DNA of 64,000 nt from Candidatus Hodarchaeota archaeon (GCA_048886685.1 JBHLKM010000009.1:32001-96000), one strand, 5' to 3'; shown: positions 38,711-48,387, numbered from the stretch's first letter. Notes: a model not told the origin generated them from the letters alone. A program made the numbers and translations.

Positions 38711-38802
38711 TTAGAGAACTAATCCTCCCGCTAATTTCATTGCCAGAGGAGCTTCGAATTTTATTTTAACATCTATTACTTAATTTTTTTACCATTTGTC
38801 AT
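38711..38802 (-). pseudogene. Remnant of a fourth ThDP-enzyme gene (first 7 codons joined out of frame to the last 22 codons)
   Basis: Minus strand reads ATG ACA AAT GGT AAA AAA ATT (MTNGKKI, cf. MSSGKKI), then VIDVKIKFEAPLAMKLAGGLVL* (cf. VIDVKIKYDTPEFMKLAAARGGL*). Confidence 0.85.
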
Positions 38803-38869
38803 TATTATCACTATATTAAAGAAAATCTTATTGAAATTTTAAATTTAAATAATTTACCAAATCATAAAT

Positions 38870-39856
38870 TTATAGCTTAAAATCTGCTAAAGAATTTATG
38901 AAATCCTTCATTCTTTGAGAAGTGCTTTTAATATTATTATTCTTCAAATTTAAACGCTCAAGCGAATTAAGGGACTTTAATATCTGAGGAATTTCTTGAA
39001 AATGATTATGACTTAAATCTAATTCAGAAAGTAGATTTAAATTTTTTATTGATCCAGGAATACTATTAAGATTATTTCTTGCCAATACTAATTTTTTAAG
39101 GTATATAAGCCTACCAATTGATTCAGGAATCACAGTATGATTAAAATTAAAATTATTATATTTTCTTATCATATTGAGATACATATCTAAATATTTTAGT
39201 TTTGAAAAGGAATTGATTAATTCTTCATTATCCTTAACAAATTTCCAATTGAAAAAATTTAAGTTTAGAACCTCAACATGCTCATTCTTTATCACTAACC
39301 AGGGTTCGGAATCTTTCCAATTATATAGAACTTCAAAATTTTTATAACAGAGGGGATTAATTTCATAATTCCTCTTATCCTTTGCGAAAATGGCCTCCAG
39401 ATCTAAAAAGAACCTCGCTTCTTCATATTGAACTCCCAGATTAGAAGCAAATGTACTTAAAAAATGACTTAAATCTCCTTCAAGTATCTCATATTTCACC
39501 TTCTTATTTCTCTCAAAGATTTTAAAAATTACATTCAGTACTAGGGGAGATTTATCATGCTGAATTGTCCATTTTAAGGGTTCTAATCCTTCTTCTAGAT
39601 GATTTAATATAATGACTTCTGCTGCAGATGCTCTAACATTCGCATTCTCATCAGAAACTAAATGATTTTCAAGAATTTTAAAAATCTTTTCATCTTTATA
39701 TTCTATTTTTCGTAATGCTTCAATGCTTGCTACCCGAACTTTGGCATCCTCGCTTCCATCGATTAATGAGATTAAAAGATCAACACTATCTTCTTTATTT
39801 ATATCTCCATTTAAATAATTTTTATGAATTTTTTCTGGAGTTAATTCTTCCTTCAT
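38870..39856 (-). CDS. HEAT-repeat plus leucine-rich-repeat protein
   Basis: N-terminal 'DAKVRVASIEAL', 'DENANVRASAA'. C-terminal LRRs 'IPESIGRLIYLKKLVLARNNL', 'LSELDLSHNHF'. Confidence 0.88.
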   Translation of the reverse strand: MKEELTPEKIHKNYLNGDINKEDSVDLLISLIDGSEDAKVRVASIEALRKIEYKDEKIFKILENHLVSDENANVRASAAEVIILNHLEEGLEPLKWTIQHDKSPLVLNVIFKIFERNKKVKYEILEGDLSHFLSTFASNLGVQYEEARFFLDLEAIFAKDKRNYEINPLCYKNFEVLYNWKDSEPWLVIKNEHVEVLNLNFFNWKFVKDNEELINSFSKLKYLDMYLNMIRKYNNFNFNHTVIPESIGRLIYLKKLVLARNNLNSIPGSIKNLNLLSELDLSHNHFQEIPQILKSLNSLERLNLKNNNIKSTSQRMKDFINSLADFKL

Positions 39857-39937
39857 AATCCAAAATCAATTAGATGATTTTGTTATTCAACTCGTTTCCA
39901 AATAATTATATTTTTTAATGAAAACAAGTAAAAATAG

Positions 39938-41266
39938 TTAATTCTTAATACGAGTTTTAAGTTTAATTTCTGCTAATTTTTTTTCTTTTCTTTTTTTAGC
40001 AAATTCATAATGAGGCCGTTCTATTGAGATATCTGGGGGAGTCATTGTCAATATTTTTTTTGCTATTTTTGGATATTCAGCAATGAAAATGAATTCTTCC
40101 TTCACTAAAGGACGTTGTTTATGAACATTTGCATATCTTACCAGTTCTAGGATTTGTCGCGCTTCCTCTTGATTTTTAAAATCAATATTAAAATGATTAT
40201 AACTATGAGTAAACGCAGAAATTCCAGAATATTCTCCTGTCGTTATTTTTCTCCCTGTTTCTATCATTATAGTTTCACCCCGACCTAATTCATTATAATC
40301 ATACAATTCATAGTTTTTTCGATCTTTTAATGCACCATCAGCATGAATTCCAGATTCATGAGCAAAAGCATTATCACCTACTCCAGGCTGATTAATAGGA
40401 ATAGGCACTCCAAATGCATGTGAAGCATATGTAGCAATTTTCCACGCCTTAGATAAATCAATTTTCGGATCAACTATTCCCAAATCTTCAATTTCGGCTC
40501 CATGTTTCAATGCTAAAGTAGTTGATACTAGATCAGCATTACCAGCACGCTCACCCATACTATTTACTGTAGTATTAATAAGAGCATCTTGACCCTCCTC
40601 AATTACACCTTTAGCACCCATTATTGAATTAGCAACTGCCATCCCTAAATCATTATGACAGTGCATTTCGATGGGTAAATCAACTGCCTTTGTAAGATCT
40701 TTCATTCTGAAGTGAATTCGAAAAGGTGTCTCATATCCTAGAGTATCACAATAACGTATACGATGAGCACCTGCCTTTTTTGCTGCTAATGAAAATTTTA
40801 TTAGAAAATCCATGTTAGTTCTGCTAGCGTCTTCTGCATTTACTCCAATAGTCTTTATTCCTAAATCAGATGCTCTTTGAACAGCTGCTACCATCATTTT
40901 AATAATGTCATCGCCTTTGAATTTCCCTTGGAATTTACCATTAATCATTTGACGTGAGGTAGAAATAGATAAATTTACATGTTTTAGCTGTGTAAGCTCA
41001 ACTGCTTTTTCAACATCTGATTCTATAGCACGCATCCATCCTGAGAGTATAATAGGATTAAGTACACCTATATCAGCAAGCTCTACATTTGCATTAATAT
41101 AATTTGTTTCATGTAAAGTTGTAGGAAATCCAATTTCAGATTGATATACTCCCATTCTATTTAATAAAATGTTTAGTACAGTTTTCTCCAATTTGGCTAA
41201 GCCCAAACGACTTGTTTGAACACCATCCCTGTTTGTAACATCTAACAGATATATCCGGTTATCCAT
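39938..41266 (-). CDS. DRE-TIM metallolyase: homocitrate synthase (NifV-like) or Re-citrate synthase
   Basis: DVTNRDGVQ, EDASR, HCHNDLGMAVAN, GERAGNA, HESGIHADG. Confidence 0.85.
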   Translation of the reverse strand: MDNRIYLLDVTNRDGVQTSRLGLAKLEKTVLNILLNRMGVYQSEIGFPTTLHETNYINANVELADIGVLNPIILSGWMRAIESDVEKAVELTQLKHVNLSISTSRQMINGKFQGKFKGDDIIKMMVAAVQRASDLGIKTIGVNAEDASRTNMDFLIKFSLAAKKAGAHRIRYCDTLGYETPFRIHFRMKDLTKAVDLPIEMHCHNDLGMAVANSIMGAKGVIEEGQDALINTTVNSMGERAGNADLVSTTLALKHGAEIEDLGIVDPKIDLSKAWKIATYASHAFGVPIPINQPGVGDNAFAHESGIHADGALKDRKNYELYDYNELGRGETIMIETGRKITTGEYSGISAFTHSYNHFNIDFKNQEEARQILELVRYANVHKQRPLVKEEFIFIAEYPKIAKKILTMTPPDISIERPHYEFAKKRKEKKLAEIKLKTRIKN

Positions 41267-41594
41267 TATTCAAAACTCGAGTTAATAAAAATATTAATAA
41301 TATAATCCATTGTACATTAATAAAACTTTTGAAAAAGTTTTAGTGTTTTTTGGTTTATAATATAAAAATTGTTGATATATTTTATTACTACTAAACAATA
41401 AAGTATGTTTATATCTTTTTCTTATTAAAACGTTTAATATTATCTAGGTTCATTATACTAAAAATGAATGATTATCATAAAAATATGGATTTCATAATAA
41501 AATATCAAACTTTCGTTAAAAGTTAAGTGTTCCAAAGTCTTTTAAGGATAACTAGCTTCTTTTTTTATTATCTTAAAAGTGTGAACCAATAAAA

Positions 41595-43631
41595 ATGCCC
41601 GAATTAGTTCCTAAGGATTTAAGGTATGCTGAAAATTTAAGGCGTGAGGGAAAACTCCAAGAAGCCCTTGAAGTTATAAGTAAAATTGAAAAGAATGGAA
41701 ACCTCATACCAGCTGATCAATTATCTCTACTTATTTCAAAAGGAAAAATATTATCTTTTTTTCAGCGACATGGGGAAGCAATTAGAATTGGGAAATTAGC
41801 ATATCGTTTAAGTAAAAGTTTGAACAGAACCAATGAAACCATTACTTCCCTTCTTTTTAGAGCAAATTGTGTATTCCTCGGACAATATGACAAAGCACTA
41901 AAGGATCTTTTCAAAGCTGAGAAATTACTTTATTCTCTCTCTGACGTTACACCTTCATATCTCACCAGACAAAGAAAAAACATTTTATTTAGAAAATCAT
42001 GGGCTTATAATCTTAAAGGAGATTCAAATCAAGCATTAGAAGCGGGACTTGAGTGTTTAGAATTACAGGAAAAACTTGGAAATAAAACGGACATTGCATA
42101 CACTTTACAGTTGCTAGGAAACATATATACTGCAAAAGGTGAATATGACTTAGCCTTCGATTATACTTCGAGGAGCTTAACGATTTTTGAAGAAATAGGT
42201 GATCAAATAGGAATAGCAAATACTTTATTTTTACTTGGACAAATTTATTCTTTTAAGGGTGAGCTTAATCAGGCATTAAAATATTGTAAGAAGAGTTTAT
42301 CCTCTAAAATGATCAGCACTGGAACCAAACTCGGCAATTTAAATACTCTAGAAGTAATTTATGAGAATCGAGGTGAAATAGATAAAGCCTTAAGGTATTT
42401 AAAGCAGGGAATTGCTTTAGCAGAGAAAGAAAATTTCTATAATTATTTTGTTCAATTTCAATCTAAAATGGGCGTTATATATGCTTTAAAGGGAGAGTAT
42501 GATCTAGCAATAGAATATCTAAATCCTAGTTTATCACTTGCGGAAAAAATGAATGATTTTGAAGCGATTCTCTATTCATCAGTATATCTGGTTAGTGTAA
42601 ATCTTGAGAGAGATGCTATTGAAGAAGCACAAAAATACTTAGAAAGAGTAAAGAAATATGAAGTTCAAAAGGGTAGCACGCTATTGAGTCATACTTATCT
42701 ACTGTTAAAAGCTATGTTTTTATTAAAAACCGGGGGGAGTCGCAATCGAACAGAAGCAGAAACATTGCTAAAACAAGTAGCTAACGAGGAAACTAATGTA
42801 TACGTAAAAACAGGTTCTCTGATCTATCTTTGTGAGTTTTATATCGAGGAATTAAATCTATTTGAAGATATAGAAGTACTGCAAGAGATTAACCCACTAG
42901 TAGCACAATTATATAAAATTTCAAAGGAACAACGAATGTATCGTTTTTTAGCCGAGGTGAAGTTATTACAAGCAAAAGTAGCATTAATTCAAATGAATTT
43001 TGAAGAAGCACAGCGTTTATTGACACAAGCTCAACTTGTAGCCGAATTGTATGGTATTACGTTTACGGCTCAAAGGATTTCAAGTGAACATGATAATTAC
43101 TTAGAAAAATTAAGTGAATGGAAAAGCCTTAAAGAAAGAGAAGCAACGATATCAGAACGCTTAAAATTAGCCTCAGTTGACGAAGTTTTAGAACGCTTGC
43201 AAGGAAAACGCATGGTAAAACCACCAGAATTGGTTGATGAGGAACCTATTGTGCTTTTAATTATGGATAAGAGTGGGATATCATATTTTAATTATCCATT
43301 TCGGAAAGATTGGGATTTTGAGTGGCTTTTTAGTTCATTCATGTCTGCTTTTGACACTTTTAGCTCTGAAGTTTTTTCTGAGTCGATTGATCGTATCAAA
43401 ATCGGGGAAAATTTAATCCTAATCAACCCGATTGAGTCATTTTTAGTGTGTTATGTAATTAAAGGGCAATCTTATCCAGGTTTACATAAGTTAAATCGTT
43501 TCTCAGAAGCTATTAAAGAGGATACTGAGATTTGGAAAGCATTAAACAGAGCAGTTAAAACAGGTGAAATACTGGAATTAGATAAACTAACATCACTTGG
43601 AGCAATAATAAATGAAATTTTTGCTCAGTAA
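41595..43631 (+). CDS. TPR-repeat protein with C-terminal longin-like alpha/beta domain
   Basis: Multiple TPR motifs (LGNIYTAKGEYDLAF, LGQIYSFKGELNQAL, MGVIYALKGEYDLAI) and a C-terminal domain starting EEPIVLLIMDKSG. Confidence 0.88.
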   Translation: MPELVPKDLRYAENLRREGKLQEALEVISKIEKNGNLIPADQLSLLISKGKILSFFQRHGEAIRIGKLAYRLSKSLNRTNETITSLLFRANCVFLGQYDKALKDLFKAEKLLYSLSDVTPSYLTRQRKNILFRKSWAYNLKGDSNQALEAGLECLELQEKLGNKTDIAYTLQLLGNIYTAKGEYDLAFDYTSRSLTIFEEIGDQIGIANTLFLLGQIYSFKGELNQALKYCKKSLSSKMISTGTKLGNLNTLEVIYENRGEIDKALRYLKQGIALAEKENFYNYFVQFQSKMGVIYALKGEYDLAIEYLNPSLSLAEKMNDFEAILYSSVYLVSVNLERDAIEEAQKYLERVKKYEVQKGSTLLSHTYLLLKAMFLLKTGGSRNRTEAETLLKQVANEETNVYVKTGSLIYLCEFYIEELNLFEDIEVLQEINPLVAQLYKISKEQRMYRFLAEVKLLQAKVALIQMNFEEAQRLLTQAQLVAELYGITFTAQRISSEHDNYLEKLSEWKSLKEREATISERLKLASVDEVLERLQGKRMVKPPELVDEEPIVLLIMDKSGISYFNYPFRKDWDFEWLFSSFMSAFDTFSSEVFSESIDRIKIGENLILINPIESFLVCYVIKGQSYPGLHKLNRFSEAIKEDTEIWKALNRAVKTGEILELDKLTSLGAIINEIFAQ

Positions 43632-43993
43632 ATTTAATTATTGAGATAAAAAAGTATAAAATATATTTTAATACACATCACTACTCATCTTATTAAATGT
43701 AATTAGAAAGCTTCTACTCCTATTCTATAATTTTCAATGTAAAACTCTACATTTTTTTTGCTGTTGGGAATGACTCCAATTAAAAAATAGAAAAATTACC
43801 TTGGGGATTTTGTTTTTTCATTTATTGATGAGAAAGTCTTACTTTATAACGATAATCTATTAACTACTGTAGAAATCCTTTATCGGAGGAAGAAAACGTG
43901 GTTAACTTGAATAGAAGTGAAATTATTAAATTAATCAATAACTTTATTATCTAATAAGAAACTCTTAAAAAATTATCCAACGTTTTAGATTTC

Positions 43994-44911
43994 ATGAGTA
44001 CTTCTAAATACAGAAAGTTAATAATACTATTTTTTATTTATATCGTTTTTTGGATAGTAATAATAAGTATTCTAGAAATATTATTTAGACCAGTTATTCC
44101 AATAACGTTAACTCGTTTTGTACCTTTAGATGATGTGCTTTTGGAACTTGGAATTATATTCATTATTATACTTCCTCTTTCTGCAATAGTTGGATTATTT
44201 ATTGGGGGTTATCTAATAAGTCCGATTATTTTATACTTACACAAAAAATTTTACGGATCAAAAATGCATTATGGCATTCAACTAGAACAACGAACAGAAA
44301 AACTATTTTCTCAAAGCTTTTTTCCAGTACTAATGGCTATTAATCTTTCCTCTATTTTTTTAACACCTACTATAGTTCAATTTATCTTATCTGCAGATGT
44401 AACAAACACTTTTGACAATATTTCTAAAATCCCTATGTTAACTAGATTCTTCGCCGATGCAATTTTATTAATGTTAACTTTTGGATTAGCTTCAATTTTA
44501 TTTTCTTCAGTTTGGTTTTTAAGAGACTCCGGAATAATTTATTCAAATAAGAAAAAAATAGAGAATTCTACAGAACCAATTGTACTACGTTCCGTAGGAG
44601 ATTGGTTTCAGACAATTCTTAGAAGTTACGCTGGTATTGGGGCTATTATTACTTATATTTTAGTTGTAAACGATTTTATTAATAGGTTTATTGCTAATTA
44701 TGGATTACCTGGAAATATTTTTAACATTCCTAGCTTAGTTTTATGGTTGGGAATGCCATTTTATTTGATAGTAGCTTTAGTGCCAACCATTATCATTAAT
44801 GATTTATTAAAGAAAAAGAGTATAAATTATATTAGAAAGATAAGTAAGAAGTTAGGGATTCAAGACACTGCTGTAATCACTTTTGAATTTAAAAAAGAAA
44901 TAGAGTCTTAA
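43994..44911 (+). CDS. Hypothetical integral membrane protein (~6 TM)
   Basis: Several hydrophobic segments, 'WFLRDSGIIY' loop, no recognisable family. Confidence 0.8.
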   Translation: MSTSKYRKLIILFFIYIVFWIVIISILEILFRPVIPITLTRFVPLDDVLLELGIIFIIILPLSAIVGLFIGGYLISPIILYLHKKFYGSKMHYGIQLEQRTEKLFSQSFFPVLMAINLSSIFLTPTIVQFILSADVTNTFDNISKIPMLTRFFADAILLMLTFGLASILFSSVWFLRDSGIIYSNKKKIENSTEPIVLRSVGDWFQTILRSYAGIGAIITYILVVNDFINRFIANYGLPGNIFNIPSLVLWLGMPFYLIVALVPTIIINDLLKKKSINYIRKISKKLGIQDTAVITFEFKKEIES

Positions 44912-45022
44912 ACTAACATTTTTGCTTTCTTAATAAACAATATCACAAAATAGAATGCAAATTCTTTCTATGCCAAATTTTTATCAGTCTAACAAATGAG
45001 ATTGATCCATATGAGCAACCTT

Positions 45023-45230
45023 ATCAACCCGATTGAGTCATTTTTTAGTGTGTTATGAAATTAAAGGGCAATTTTATCCCGGTTTACATAAGTTAAATCA
45101 TTTCTCAAAAGCTATCAAACTTAATCCTGAGATTTGAGAAACTTTGAACGGAGCAGTCCAAACAGGCGAAGTATTGGAATTAGATAAGCACGCAGCTCTC
45201 GGGAATTTAGTAAATGAGATCTTTTCTCCT
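45023..45230 (+). pseudogene. Degenerate copy of the last ~70 codons of a TPR-longin-like gene (cf. 43422-43631)
   Basis: atcaacccgattgagtcat(t)ttttagtgtgttatg... is near-identical to 43422 onward. One extra T causes a frameshift, and TGG has become TGA (gagatttga). Confidence 0.85.
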
Positions 45231-45306
45231 AAAATTCTAATAAATAAATAGTTACTTTTGATATCCTGTCAAATAATTTTTTTTAAACTCGGGTATTATT
45301 TTACAT

Positions 45307-46869
45307 ATGAAAACTTTTGAAGAATATCTTGAGTCACTCTACTCAATGAAAAAGAATATTTGGATAGGTGACGAACTTGTTGGTCGGGATGATCCTCGAA
45401 TAAGAGGGGGGATTAATATCCTGCGCGAAACATACGACCTTGCTCACGATAAGAAATTTGAAGATCTATGTACGGCAACTTCTCACTTAACCGGAGAAAA
45501 AATTAATAGATTTTGCCATATCCACCAGAGTAAAGAGGATTTATTCAAAAAGCAAAGAATGACCAGAGTTTTATGTCACAGAGTTTCGGGTTGTATTCAA
45601 AGATGCATGGGAATAGATGCCCTTAATGCTCTTTCTGTTATTACTTATGAATGCGATCAAGCATTAGGTACGAATTATTATGACAATTTCGAAAAATTCC
45701 TAAAATACTTCCAAGAAAATGACTTAGCGGGTTCTTGTGCATCGACCGATGTTAAGGGTGATCGTTTGAAACGCCCATATCAACAGGAAAATCCAGATGC
45801 ATATTTACGGATTGTTGAAACACGAGATGATGGAATTATAGTACGCGGTGCAAAATGCTGTATCACTAATACACCTTATGTGCATGAGATAATCGCGGTT
45901 CCCTGTAGAATGATGATGCCAGATGATCATGATTATGCCGTTGCTTTTGCAATCCCAGCCGATTGGGACGGTGTGAAATTACTTGTAAGGCCTGCATATT
46001 TTCATCAACCTAAGAATGTTCCCGAGAGTATGAAACCTGCAGCTTTAGCTCTTGGTGACAGTGAAACTTTTATAATATTTGATGATGTGTTCATCCCAAA
46101 GGAGCGAGTCTTTTTAAATGGTCATGCGGATCATAAACAAACACCTTTTGCAGGATTTTTAGCATTAATGTTTGCTCATTATCATCGCCACTCTTATACA
46201 GGTTGTAAAGCAGCAATGTCAGAAGTATTAGCAAGTGCTGCCGCTTTAGTTGCAGAGTATAATGGAATTCAAGACACATCCCATGTAAGAGATAAGATTT
46301 CACATATTTTAGGAACAGCAGAATTAGTTTTTGCCGCAGGTGAATCAAGTGCGCTGCATTCTGAAAGAGCCCCTTCTGGTACTCAAGTTCCAGATGAAAT
46401 TCTCACCAATGCAGGACGTAGACTTGCAGGGGAGCAAATATATGAAGAATACAAGATCTTAGCAGATTTAGCAGGGGGATTAATGGCAACATTACCATTT
46501 CTCGATACCTTCTATAATAAAGAAGTAGGTCCATTAGCAATGAAATATATGCAAAGAAATCCAAGAGTGCCCCCAGAGAATGTTTTGAAATGTTTTAAAG
46601 GAATTGAATGCATCGGATGTTCTGATATTGCAGGTCTTTTGCAGGTTGCAGGTCTTCATGGGGGTGGATCACCCCAGATGGAAACGATTGCAATGATGGG
46701 AAGATATCCATTAGAGAAACTTAAAGATATCGCTAAATATTTGTTCGGGATTAAGAAAAGCTTAAAAAGATTTGAACGACAAGAAGATTATAAGGTAACC
46801 CCAAGGACAATGCTTGAAAAGTTTAGAAAAGCTTTAATAGCAAAACAAAAAAGGGAACAAAAAGCGTAA
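45307..46869 (+). CDS. 4-hydroxybutyryl-CoA dehydratase / 4-HPA 3-hydroxylase family protein (AbfD-like, Fe-S/FAD)
   Basis: SHLTGEKINRF, GCIQRCMGID, TDVKGDR, HRHSYTGCK, HGGGSP. Confidence 0.85.
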   Translation: MKTFEEYLESLYSMKKNIWIGDELVGRDDPRIRGGINILRETYDLAHDKKFEDLCTATSHLTGEKINRFCHIHQSKEDLFKKQRMTRVLCHRVSGCIQRCMGIDALNALSVITYECDQALGTNYYDNFEKFLKYFQENDLAGSCASTDVKGDRLKRPYQQENPDAYLRIVETRDDGIIVRGAKCCITNTPYVHEIIAVPCRMMMPDDHDYAVAFAIPADWDGVKLLVRPAYFHQPKNVPESMKPAALALGDSETFIIFDDVFIPKERVFLNGHADHKQTPFAGFLALMFAHYHRHSYTGCKAAMSEVLASAAALVAEYNGIQDTSHVRDKISHILGTAELVFAAGESSALHSERAPSGTQVPDEILTNAGRRLAGEQIYEEYKILADLAGGLMATLPFLDTFYNKEVGPLAMKYMQRNPRVPPENVLKCFKGIECIGCSDIAGLLQVAGLHGGGSPQMETIAMMGRYPLEKLKDIAKYLFGIKKSLKRFERQEDYKVTPRTMLEKFRKALIAKQKREQKA

Positions 46870-46889
46870 TATTTCTCTCAGTTATTACC

Positions 46890-47852
46890 TTACAATATAC
46901 ATAAAACGAAAGATTGTGTTTCGGTAAACGATTCCATATGTAGACTTTTATCTTTTTTCAAAAAATCTTCAATAGTAATTCCAGTTTTAAGTATTTCATT
47001 AAATTTTGTTTCGAAGATCTGATAAATATTTCTATTTCGAGAGATATATGATCCAATTAAAATATTTGTTGGATCAAAACTTGGTTGAATAAGTTCACTA
47101 TCTGTAAGGCTAAAATTGCTAAAGCTTTCGTCTGTCACATAAATTTTAAGATTCTTAAATTCAATATTCATGGGATCAACATGTTTAGTAAGAAGTTTAA
47201 ATTCTTCACTATTTACAAGGTCTTTTACAACCTCAGAATGAAAAATAATTTGGACGTTAATAGTTTTAAGATTTTCTTTGATTCTATTCATTCCTGCTTT
47301 CATAGGTCCAGCTATTTCTTCTGGAATATTATTAAGACCATATTCTTGAATCAAATCAATTAAAGGATTGTGATATCTGATACCAATCGCAATTTTACAT
47401 TCTTTTTCAGCTAAAAATGAAGAGTAGCTCTCATCAAAATTTTTCACATCATAATTGATAAATTCAACGGGTTCTTGAGCAACTTGTTCTTCCAAATTGA
47501 AGTTTTTAATAAATGTCGCTAATGAGTTTTCACACTTATCTCTCTTTTCATCAAATTCATTTTGGAGATTCTCTATTCTTTTATTCACGAGATTTTGCCA
47601 TAATCCTAAAATAGGATTTGCGAGATGAATTTTCATTGGTCTATCATATATCTGAACAAGTTCTAAATCGCTGAGCACTGAACAGATTTTGTATCCTCGT
47701 TTTAAAGAGAGACTAAATTGATTACACACATCCTTTAAATTATCAATTCTTTTGTTGATTAGGAGATAATGGTAAATTCTTTCAATACCCTTTTCAATAA
47801 CGCCAACGGAATCAAATAATTGGCTCAGAGATAAATATTTGGTATCTTCCAT
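46890..47852 (-). CDS. TrmB-like transcriptional regulator (wHTH, coiled coil, effector domain)
   Basis: N-terminal 'IYHYLL...FSLSLKRGYKICSVLSDLELVQ..RPMKIHLANP' followed by a helical linker, i.e. the TrmB layout. Confidence 0.6.
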   Translation of the reverse strand: MEDTKYLSLSQLFDSVGVIEKGIERIYHYLLINKRIDNLKDVCNQFSLSLKRGYKICSVLSDLELVQIYDRPMKIHLANPILGLWQNLVNKRIENLQNEFDEKRDKCENSLATFIKNFNLEEQVAQEPVEFINYDVKNFDESYSSFLAEKECKIAIGIRYHNPLIDLIQEYGLNNIPEEIAGPMKAGMNRIKENLKTINVQIIFHSEVVKDLVNSEEFKLLTKHVDPMNIEFKNLKIYVTDESFSNFSLTDSELIQPSFDPTNILIGSYISRNRNIYQIFETKFNEILKTGITIEDFLKKDKSLHMESFTETQSFVLCIL

Positions 47853-47856
47853 TAAA

Positions 47857-48387
47857 TCACCTACTATTAATCTTTTCTAATGTCAGTTCGGTAAGGACTT
47901 TAAACGCTTCATTAACATTTAAGTTTTCTTTGGCTGATATTTCAACAAAACTTGCCATTTTATTTTTTTCAGCGATCTGAATGCCATATTCTCTCGGGAC
48001 CTGCCGAGAGGTTTTAGAAAGATCAATTTTAGAACCTACTAGCATTATTGGTATAGTTCCGCCTTTTTGCCTAACAATAGTCATCCATTCTGAAATATTA
48101 TCTAGAGTAGAAGGCCGTGTTATGTCATAAAGTAGAAATGCAGCGTTTGCACCTAAGCAATATGTCGGTAAAAGGAATCTAAAGCGTTCTTCCCCTCCGA
48201 CGTCCCATATTTGAAGTTTTACTTTAGTATTATTCAACTCAATTGTTTTAACATGGAAGTCAACACCAATAGTTAATCTTTCACTAGGGTTGAAAATGTT
48301 ATAACAATAGCGTTTTGTGAATGAAGTTTTTCCAACGGATGCATCTCCAAGGAGAAGAATCTTAAAAGTGTAATCATAATGAGACAT
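47857..48387 (-). CDS. Rab-like small GTPase (Asgard eukaryotic signature protein)
   Basis: G1 GDASVGKT, TIGVDF, KLQIWDVGG, G4 GSKID, G5 EISAK. No C-terminal Cys prenylation motif. Confidence 0.93.
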   Translation of the reverse strand: MSHYDYTFKILLLGDASVGKTSFTKRYCYNIFNPSERLTIGVDFHVKTIELNNTKVKLQIWDVGGEERFRFLLPTYCLGANAAFLLYDITRPSTLDNISEWMTIVRQKGGTIPIMLVGSKIDLSKTSRQVPREYGIQIAEKNKMASFVEISAKENLNVNEAFKVLTELTLEKINSR

